A DNA stretch of 64,000 nucleotides from Balanoglossus misakiensis (Eukaryota; Animalia; Hemichordata): the NCBI GenBank assembly GCA_040954595.2, contig CM082578.2:7611519-7675518 (forward strand), given 5' to 3'. Positions 14,046 through 24,811 of this stretch are shown here, one piece after another. Made by a program: the position numbers and the translations under genes. The stretch's first letter is position 1; every line of letters begins with the position of its first letter. The notes under the pieces were generated by a model. The model was not told the DNA's origin, ran no database searches, and saw nothing but the letters and a program-made list of their open reading frames with translations.

Positions 14046-17000
14046 ATTGGTCATCATCACAAAGATCTGTACAGTTACAAATACTTGATTAGTTATGCAA
14101 ATTTCAGTACATAAATAATTAAGAGCCAATCAGATACAATATTTCATCATGATTTCCTGAAAAATTAATAGCTTTTGATTTTTATCATAAAGAGTATAAT
14201 ATCTCAATTTATTTTTCAATTTGCTTATTATTCATGCAGTTATTTCCTATTTCCTACCTGGTCATAAGTGCAAGTTAAATTACTTTCTATGTTTTCATCT
14301 AAAAGATGGCCCTGGAGGTAACATTGTGCAAACGTTCTCAGTTTTGTGTGATATCAACAGCAAGAAAGTGCCCTAGTAAAATGACATGTATATGGAAGGA
14401 TATGTGTGTGATTCAAAATTAAGACCGAAACATTTTTTTGAACTTGACAATTACTAGCTGTCACACTACCAAATACATTATAATTCCAACCCAAAATAAA
14501 AATGAAGTCTGCAAATATAGTAAATTGAAACATTGTGATGTCTATGTCATTAGTTGCAATATTTACTGACCACATGACATTGAAAGTATAAGGATTAGTT
14601 CCTTGGAGCACTATCAGTGTGCCATTATAGGCAATACTGGTTCAGCCCAGACGTGAAAGCACTTGTGAAAATACTGTGACTGTTTTAATGGAATACTCAT
14701 AAATAATTTACAAATCCAACCTTGAACTTCTAATATGGTATAAACCAATTTGTTTCAAATCAAAGGTTCAACAAAACTGGAATAAAGAACTGAAGATGTA
14801 CAATCATCTATATTTGTCGTCCTCCCCCTCCCCCCCCCCTTCGATCCCCACACCCCCAGCAGTAGTGTTGTAGCCCATACATTCTCTGCCCCAGGCTTGA
14901 AGTCTGGATTCAAACCAGCAAAAGTATAAATTAAATCAGCAAGGCAATGTACGGAAGAAAACGTCAGACATTGCCAGGTAGTGACTATATATATGGCTCT
15001 AAATGCTGCGCAACATATAGTTGACTTCATAAATATTCAGACACATCTTTTTAAACGCAGGCCTTTGTTGGGAAAAACACAGATGTAGCCCAAAGTTCAA
15101 TATATTACTGATTTCTTCTGTCCCATTTAACTGTCAAGGCGTGTGTGCGCATAATATATCCAGGCCTTCTCAGCTATATAGGTGCCACAGATTTTAGTGT
15201 CAAATATCTGCTGCAAAGTGCAAATACACTATTTTGACCATTAATACATTATCACGGTAGAAGTAGATATATTTAAGACATTTTCAGAAAAACATATTGT
15301 ATAATGTTTGATTAGAAATGAGTGTGCAGGTAAAAGTCTCTTAGTTTCAAAGAGTAGCTTTTAAATTTACAATTAATACTTATAATGGCAGCCATTTAAA
15401 ATTTTAGTAAAAAAAATCTAGCAAAGAATATGTTGATTTAAAAAAATTTGCATTGTGAATCCTGTTTCTTTCCTTTTTTGGGGGGGGGGGAGAAAAAGAA
15501 TATTTTAAGATGACATCTTATTGCCACAGTAAATGTTAAGGCTTTAAAAAAAGCCCTGATCCCTGCCCTGATTGAAAATACATGTAATTATTATATTCAT
15601 CACTTTTAGCTCAAGGTGCCCAGATGATCATGTATAATGTTCACTTCAACAGTTGGCGATGATTGGTTGACTAGAAATTTCATAAAATACACAGTGTAAA
15701 TGTAAAGAAAGAATGAAATACCTTAATCTGACACCTGCACAAATCAAAGTCATAAAACAAAGTCGAACGAGGTAATTAATTTCCATTTATGTAAACATGC
15801 AAGTAAAAAAGGGGCTTAAGCTATCTGAAAATTTATGGCAACGTGTATTCTGCACTATACAGGGCAAATATCGAGGTATAATTGTGCTTTGCGAGAGGAG
15901 GGTGCTTCTAATATGGAAATTTGCTGTCATCTTAATTTATACGTGTGGTACGTGGCAACTGATGCTTGATCATCAAAATGTGTTAAACAATTAAGGGGGA
16001 AGTAGCAAATGCAGAATGTGTGGGTTGAAAGTAATCATCAGTGGCAAAGATTGAAATGTCAAGAGACTGTTCTATATTTTACAAAATAAAAATAAAGATA
16101 CTTCACCATCTTCATCTCCACATTTTACCCATGATTGATTCTGTCGTTAAAGGCAAAAATTACACCATAATAAAGATTCAATTGTCATGCATTTTTTAAA
16201 CTTGATCAGTGTATCATTTACTTTACAAGATGAAACAGGAATCACTAGTTTTCTGCCCTCAAATTAGCATTTGTGTACGCATGTGTAACCAAAAATGTGA
16301 TCATAAACTATAGCAAAGATTGCCGATCCCTGGTTACCGTGGTAATAAATCGTTCCACAGAGTCGAGTGAAACGAAATCCTAAATCAAACTAATTATGAA
16401 AATCTGGGTTTTTTCCCTTCATTCAAAATTTGAACGTAATTATAGACAACCATGTACCGTAAATCACTTAAATCTCTTCATCTTTCCCCAGGTGAATATG
16501 ATATGTACAGTACAGGTCTTTTGAAAAGGTGACAATTGCTATCTGAACTCTCAGCATGTGCAGTTATAGCTTCATGGCAGATCCATTGACAAGTAGCATT
16601 TCCTGCACTTGTGTTCGTGGCATCTTCAACAGCCGATAGTGTGGTGTGCTTTTTCTTGAAATACTGGACTGAGGGTTACAAAAGGCATGATCCTAGCTTA
16701 TACCCGTAGACGCATTCATGATACAATGATAGGAGCATGTAGCAATTTGCAAGCAGGGTGTGTTCACCCATTCAGGACACCATTAAGCAGAGAGTTCAAG
16801 ACAAAAATAGGATTTAACTCGTATAATTCAAACAACCGTGGCGGTCTTTTCACCATTATCATGAAGCTATACTCCACATTTTCCAATCAATGTTAATTCC
16901 CTCAGCTAGTTGAAGGTTGAGCAAACTCGTTACAATTGTCATTTCTTCAGGGTAGACAGCTTGACCTGAATAAAATTAGCGAAGTACAAATATACCTCCC

Positions 17001-20000
17001 ATGTGAATAAAATAGAGTACATTGAAGCAGTTTATTTGATTACAGACACACATTCTCTCCAGGGGAAAGGTGTTCACTGCAGAAAAAAACAATGATCATG
17101 ATGTTCATTTTACTTCAATTGTACATAGATGATTTCCTCTCCTAGTTGAATGCTCATTTTAATCAACACAATTGCATCATTAGAGTCAATGTTTTATGGT
17201 TTCCCTCTGAACAAATTCATTTCAATGTCAAAAATTCAGTTGATTTTTCTGTATTAATTGTCACTATACTGTAGTTTCAGATTTGAATGGCAAATTTTGT
17301 TACATTGTGGCATATCGATAATAACCCTCCTACCATAATGTTGCCACTGAACTCAAAGAGAACGACTGGCGTTTTCTTCGTCTGCTAATTACCATGGCAA
17401 CCTGCGTACCCGCTGTTGTCACAGCTGTAATGTCTCCAGGCCCTGTTCTGTGAAACCAATCAGAATTGATTGACTTTTAATACCAATTGCCAAAGCAATT
17501 ACAAGGGACAGCTGGTTCAGTTTTTTGCTTTTCGACCGTGAGCTACAACTACAACCCCAGCTTTGAATTTCCTACAAAGAAGGTTCAGATTTTGTTACAT
17601 TCTCATGTGAAAAGCAAACAAATCAATGAATGGGCCAAGTTTGTCTGTGGCACTGCGCTCAAATTAAAACCCAACCCTTCACGTTCTGCTCTGTTCTTAG
17701 CCAAGCACTGACTTATAAGCGATTCAATTACGTTTACATTTCACATTAAAATTTGACAAAATCGTGCCACAAGTATGAATTAAACGGCTGCATGGTTGCC
17801 TCAGTGGTTGCCATGGTGACGATGATTTGAATGATTGGCCAAGATATTGTGACAAATGAAGTAATCTCATACCAAAAGGAAAAAGTAAATGAGTTCTTGG
17901 GTGGGTGAAACCATATTTCCACAGGGGTGCTGGGTAGGAGGGCCATTGAGTGAAAGTGATGCTGACTGTTTGGGGGAAATTACTAATTTCATATCGTGTA
18001 CTGTGTCTTCAGCAAATTTATTTAACATTGAACTCTTGAGTGAGTCGATAAACGTGTACTTGAACTTGAAAAATAATTTAGCATATGGTGCAGTTCCATT
18101 GCTCTGTGCTGATAAGCAGAAAAGGCAGTGACATTTCCCTGTAAGTCGTACCCAGTGTATTTGCAAAGTTCAAAATATTGAATAGTCTATGTGTATCTAA
18201 TATCAAGATTAGGGTCAAGCATCTGCACTGATGAACTCAATTGTGAGCAGTTATGATCGGCCTTACTTGATTTCACACAAACGTCAATGCATGGTGACTC
18301 ATTTTGAATATTCTTGGTAATTCGGTCAAAGTAAAGAAATGAGAGTGGGGTACATGCAATATGATTTTGTCTTCTGAACAGTCTATTCCATCTACAAAAA
18401 CGACCTCGCAGTTTTAAAGCTATAATGACACGTCGATGGTAACAGACAAAGAAGCCCAGTCCGTAATTCAAACTCAGCTCTGCATGAGTACCACAAACTC
18501 GCTCAAAGCAAGCAAAAAAACAAACAGTATTGAGAATCTTTAATAAGACAAACAAAAATCACCAAGCGACTATAGTGGGCTAGTCTAGGTGTGGCTGCAG
18601 TGTGTTAACCTGTTGTAAGATTTAATCATCAGTCAAAATAAAATGACACGTTCTATTTTTCATTGATACGGGTGCTAGTTTTTTTAATTAAAGAATGACA
18701 AGTAAAAATTTACAAGAATCCACACAAATACTCCACAGACAATTGGACATATTTACAGCCTGAGCCCAGAATAAATACAGATTGATTATGACATGATACA
18801 CGAGAATTACTGAGTGAATGAACTTGATACATGTGTTTTATGGTTTCCCCCACAGGCGAGCGCTATATCTGCTCACACAAACGCTACCCCTGATGATTAA
18901 AACGACTGCCAACAGAGTCCATTATACGAAATGATCTGTGACTAGAGTTTGCCTAATAGCCCGAGTGTGTGCGAAGCAATGACTGGCATCATCCAATAGC
19001 CATAAGAGACGCAATTACGGGGAAATAATTCAATAGCTGCAACCATGACGGCGGACGCCGGGGCTACCTCAGAGAAATTCACCAACGATTCAACCTCTGT
19101 GTGATTGATTGCGCCGTCCCCCGACTGTTGCCCTTCTGGTCCCCAGGGACCACCTGCTCAGCTTACCAAATTGCGAGAGAAGGAAAACTACACAGGAATT
19201 AATGCGATGCTCTTCCACGGGGCGCGATATTAGTCAGACAATTCTGTGTATATCGTGTTGCGGTGTATATTATGTTTGAAAGGGGGGGGGGGGGGGAATT
19301 GTTCCTGTGCATGAGGGAGCGGAGGGGAATAATCGAATAGCATTTTACTTGCTGCCTGCTGCTGAAGTGATATGCGGTGAGATGAGAGTGCATGGATTTG
19401 TAATTGTGCTTTGCAGTGGCGCATATACTAGTATGGTGCGTATCAGAATGGATGAAGCTCACTATGATATCCCAGGAATTGTCCGCTGTGTAATAGACCT
19501 AAGCGTGGACCTTATTGGCAATTTGAAACGGGAGATCCTGGCTGAATATGTATGTCTAGCTGCAGTACACTTTATCCCATCCAACAGCGGAGAATACATG
19601 CATCCATTAACAAATGCTGGATTGCCGTCAATCTGATTGAAATACTAGTAAGCTGTAGATCTGATTTTAATCAGCTTGAGTTGCCCTACTGATATCCTGC
19701 TTTATTGCTGGGTCTGTGTATCGTGACATCAATTGTGTCAACTCCTTCTGAAGTTAATTTCCTTTTTTCCATAAATCAATGGGTTTTTTTGAGATCTGCA
19801 GCCGATATGTAAATCTGTTCTGAGAAAGTACAGTAAGGGGTCAAGCAGATCTTAAAAAGTCCATCTCATAAATGTGAAGCCAAATCTGGAAATTAATTAC
19901 ATTTTGGGATTTTATTCATTCTTAACACTCCTCTGTAAGAAATATTTCCAAATTTCTCAAACATTACTGCTAAATACTCTAAAGTAAAGGATTTTGCAAT

Positions 20001-22799
20001 CCTCCAGAATTTTGCAAAAGACAAATTTAGCAAGCATTCAACACTCTAAATTTTCTTATTGTTTTATTGTCTAAATTGTACAGTAATTAAAATGTTATCT
20101 TTTCACTTGGGGAATTAAATTGACTGTTTATGCAAACAGCTCAAGAAATTTAAAAAATGGTTTCTTTTTTCATGAAATCATCAAAAAATCCCATTGCATG
20201 AGGACACCAAACATATAATTTTACAACGCTGGCCTATACTTCAAGATAAATTAATGATGCAGTGGTTTTGGTGGGAATTGGGTCTGACATGAGATCTAAC
20301 CATGAAAAAGAACTCTCTCGAGATTATTACGGTGCTGAACCTCATAATGTTCATTCACCCAAAGCCAATAATTCTTGGAAATTGGAATTTGTAGTGCAGT
20401 AACCATCTTGTATTCGATACAAGTCGGCGTGTTACAACAGTTTGTCATGACAAATTCAGCATATGTGCGGGTGATGTTCATGCCTGAGGCCATGCATGTC
20501 AATTTCTGTGTTTCTCCTGGAAATTTGTAAAGTTCTTCATTAAATTCGTTCTTCTGAAACTTTCATTTGAGTGTGTGTATTCAACTTCAATCAATTAATC
20601 AGGAGATTAAATTTTGCCAAATGGTACCAGCATAAACCATTTTTTGAATTGGGGAATTAATTAATGCCAATTCTGTTAACAGAAAAGAAAGGAGTCATGT
20701 GAAAGTCTTGCAAGTACTGTATCCACAAAGCTGACCCCCCCCCCTCTCACAAGTAGAAAAACAAGTTAGAATTTATTGAAATTGTACATTTTTTGCCTGT
20801 CAAGAAACATCCAGTTCAGAATAATCCAAATTAGATCAGGGGTTTAGGATTGAGCAAAATGCTACATTTTCACTTTTATATATTTAAGGTAATTTCATTC
20901 TTAATCAAGAAACATTGTTGTTGTATATTGTGGATTTGTGGAACAATTCAATTAAAAATAAAAGGGTTGCATTTGATCGTAAATTGTCGTTGAGGGCGTA
21001 CTTTATGTCTTCGTTATTTTATTCTCAAAAAATTCTACTGAGTTCAGTTTCTTTGGATTTATTTTAACGTGAAATTCAACGAAATTTCTGAATAAATTGA
21101 TGTGTGTTGTATAATAAATTGTCTTTAACTTTTCAAGCGCTCGGTCTTCTAATTTTTAATGAGGTCTTTTACATGCCACTCCAGTTGAGTCTGAGAGAAT
21201 GCAATGCAGTTTGGGTTACGTTTAGTTGAGGCAGTGAGTTTCACAAAATTTCCAGTTAATAATTGTGTATTTTTTCTTAAGGCGATGACAAAGATAGAGG
21301 CAAAACGTTGACAAAAGGAATCCATCAAATAACTAAACTAATTATAGAAAAACAAATACTATGAGGTTAATGCTTTCGGCCAACTGCCCCTGGACACAGT
21401 TACTGCATATGGCCTATCTTGCATGAGTCGTCGTAGAGACGTGCTTATCAACACAAGTATTCTGCCCAATAAAGAACTATGCCTCCTCCGGGTTTATCAA
21501 AATACTCCATCCGACCATGGTTCTTGCTTGTTTGTAGATGACAACATGTAACTACTTGTAAGAGGAAAGAGACGAAGAATAAATAGGTTGGATTGCGGAT
21601 AGGTCAGTATCAATCAATCATAGCATGTGCATGGAAGATGGACACTTTAGTAGCTCGAGGTTTTGGTTTGTGTGTTAAACGGCAAAACTGTCTAACCAAG
21701 GCAAAACCCAGAGCTACTGAACTGCAGCTACGATTTACTCCCGATCCCGTATGGCAAATCGGACAGACGAGGTGAAGATGAGTCGTTCCGATCTTCCGGC
21801 GGAGCAAAAGTCAGAATGCAAAAACAATTAAAGGTAACGCACGATATAACAAATCTGTGTGGAGATTTTCGCTGATCAAACCTTGCTGTTGACACTCAGC
21901 ACTGAGAAACGCAGTCTACACAGCACCCTGAGCCTACAGGTTGTATTTACTGTTTACGTAACATTCTATTATTGCCATGCCAGCTATGACGTCACGCGCG
22001 TAACACGGTACATGATTGGATTAAAGTTTGTGGGAGAAACCATTTTGAAACAGAGTTGAATGTTGTACATGTGTACTTTGGAACGTGGTTGTCATGAATG
22101 AAAAGTCTTCTGAGGTTTTCTGTTTCCACTGTAAACACGCTAAAATAACCAACGTGAGAAGTGTCCATGTTTTGATCAAATTCCGTTGTTGTCTGTTGTA
22201 AAGTTGGACCTCTACAGAAGGAAACACGACCGGCATCGCCCGCTCACACACGCGTACGCACGGGTCGTTCAGCTCGATCGACAACTCGGCAGGAGAAGAT
22301 GCATCGAGCTGTGGGCTCGTATCTCTCATCATGCTGATGGTGCTGCAGAAGTCGTCTTTTGATAAAATCAACGTTTTAATAGAATTGTCTACAGCAAATA
22401 CACCACACCAGCCTAACCATGGACCCACGGCACGCAACAGATCAGCAATTCATGTAGTAGGAAAGACGTTGAGTTGATGGTTATCACTCAGGGACTTAAA
22501 AGTCGTGTATCATATCCATGCAAAATGCTAATCTGAAAAAAAATAATGGATACAAAATATAACACTCACATGAAAATATCGAAACAGTTCGCTATTCCAT
22601 TAAAAAATCACTCCAAGTCAAGTTTAAACGCATCTTCCGATCAGCATGTCTTGATATCTACTTCGTGGGTCCCGATCCCCTGGCATAGAAGTATAGAACG
22701 CCCTCAATACATTAAATCGACGATTTTGCAATTTCACTCGTTTTCACCGAACAAGAGAAGGCAAAAATTAATCCTCACGTAACGGTTGCCTCTTTTGAT

Positions 22800-22842
22800 A
22801 TCGTGAAAATTTCCAGTCGCGAAAATAACCCGTTTTACAGTA
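22800..22842. mobile_element. Probable orphan TIR fragment of a TA-target MITE
   Basis: CGCGAAAATAACCCGTTTTACAGTA resembles the ...CGCGAAAAT..TTTACAGTA termini common in marine invertebrate MITEs. I did not see a partner end. Confidence 0.35.
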
Positions 22843-22924
22843 TTCGATTCGCTCACGACACCAGACAAATCAAAGTCCCCCTCTAACTTGGTAAATCACC
22901 ACACAAAAAGCACACAGTTATCAA

Positions 22925-24811
22925 ATAACGCTGTCTGTCCAGCTTTTTAATAGGATAAAAAAGCACAGGTAAACACCAGTTTATCTATGTATACAAGTTG
23001 GCTGCAAAAATGCTGATATATTAAATAATACATACACGTGTGAAGTAATGATTACAATTCAGGCAAAAAAAGGACACCAACTTCCACTGTCTGCAAAAAT
23101 GGAAGAGTTCCATTGTTTTTACAGTTTTTTTAGTCGTCTGTCAATTCTTCGCTTTTTTATACAGATACCCTGCAGAGAAAAGCACTCCGCAAAGTTTTTA
23201 CACCTAAAGCTGTACATGCAGAAAGCACTAGTTTTCAGTGGATTTTCTCGAATCCACTGAACATTTGGGATTACCGCTAAAAGGAACACTAAGCTATGAA
23301 GCATGGTTATCAATCATACACACAAAGTTACCCCAACGAGAAATGAAGAGCGAGAGAGAGAGAGGGGGGGGGGGGGGGGAAATTGGAAACCTTGTTGTTT
23401 TCCAGCCAAATTTACAAGATTCACAGATGACCTTCAGTGTGGCAACTCACCCAAAAACTGAAGACAAAAACAGAAGGGCGGTTTCCCTATTCTACACACG
23501 TACACTGGAGAAAACAAGATTTGTTGGAAAAAAGGGGGAGGGGCAAAGACGGCCCTTTCAATTTAAACCACGGACAAACACAATAAGAAGCAACTCGGCG
23601 AAACCTGACAAACACAGTAAAATCTCCAACGCTTCAATGGTTGAAAGTATAATACAAAAATTCTAGGCATTGGATTTTTCAGGACTACTTGACTGGCGAG
23701 TCTGTTCTGACAAGTTTATGAACACAAAAGTACCACGAGGACAAAAATCTAAACGTCTGAGCTAAAATTCTCCCCAAGTTCAAAATTTGCAAATTTGTTT
23801 GAGCAGATGACAGGCGTGTGAAGTAAGCCTTTCCTTTTCTGTTGCAAATTTAAAACTTACAAAATAAAATTGTGCCCTTGCTGTTTTGGGAGTTTAAACA
23901 GTGACATATTGTACTGGTATGTTTCTTTCCCTGAGTAAGACAAGATATTAACCCTTTCACCCCCAGTTTCGAGGTCCAACCTTACCATAAATAATAGGTT
24001 AGGCCTGAACCATGGTGGTGAAAGGGTTAAAAGCCAGAGATTTTTTAAGAAAATGTAAGCAGGAACACAGAAATGAATCCAAACTTCTTTGCCCAGACAG
24101 CGTGTTGGTGGATTGACTGGACAAGCCCACTAGTAGCCGTACAGGCCAGAGTAGTTGAGCAGACTACGCTGAATTCACTCGATACCCAAAGAGCAATGTT
24201 TCAACAGATAAAAAATAACATAGTAATGCAACGCTTGACAAAACTAAATTTAAAAACAGTCAAACTGGAGTTGCCCTCCCTGTCAAAAGTGTTCCCCAGC
24301 CCACGAAAAAGAATCTGAACAAACTGTACTCGGCCGCCATCTTCTTTTGCCATTCCATCACTGACTCTATACTCCTGGTAAGTACTAAATATTGCAAGGG
24401 TTTGGGTTCTGCAAGCTATACACATTGTCTCCCATTACAACTACTTGTCAATCGCTGAAATTCAGTATAATCTAATACACCGAACTGTAATCCTCCAGGT
24501 AATTTTTTTGTACAGTTTCATATTATTTTATACAATATTTTTTACATCAAAGCACGTAAAGGGGTTGGTCCAACCCTCACTTTCATATTTAAAGATTCAT
24601 TGTCATCTGGCAAGTGAGAATGTTCTGGACAACCCTTCGCAGGGTGAAAAAACAAAAACAAATGTACAATATTGGTTTCATCTTTGTCAATAGAGGGCAT
24701 ACTTTATATTGCAATGACCCTGTAAGGAGTTTCACAGCATGTGTTGGTGTGTTCACAGTTTTTTTTGTCCAGCTGTTATAGTACTGAGAATTCTGACGCA
24801 GATTCTGGTCG
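22925..24811 (-). other. BRPF1 3' UTR with probable poly(A) signal
   Basis: Follows the stop at 24812. On the minus strand there is an ATTAAA at ~22945-22950, followed by GU/U-rich sequence (ctgtgtgctttttgtgtggtg). Confidence 0.55.
23948..24030. mobile_element. Tiny piggyBac-like MITE in BRPF1 3' UTR
   Basis: TTAA-CCCTTTCACC ... GGTGAAAGGG-TTAA. The interior gaggtccaaccttacca is shared with the copies at 52601 and 60071. Confidence 0.8.

Larger units (their letters stand above)
1..21150. other. Long non-coding region (gene desert, large intron or long 3' region of a gene outside the window)
   Basis: No ORF with recognisable homology or coding-like composition, few young repeats, and many TF-like motifs. 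There is a cluster of plus-strand AATAAA at ~20957-21117. Confidence 0.6.

Noticed and set aside
16700-16725. miR-99/100-like start (ACCCGTAGA)
   Set aside because: No complementary 3' arm, and the sequence diverges after the seed.
2347-20502. Short ORFs (60-123 aa) throughout the first 21 kb
   Set aside because: Mostly non-ATG starts, no recognisable domains, no coherent splice chain, and composition of random AT-rich DNA.
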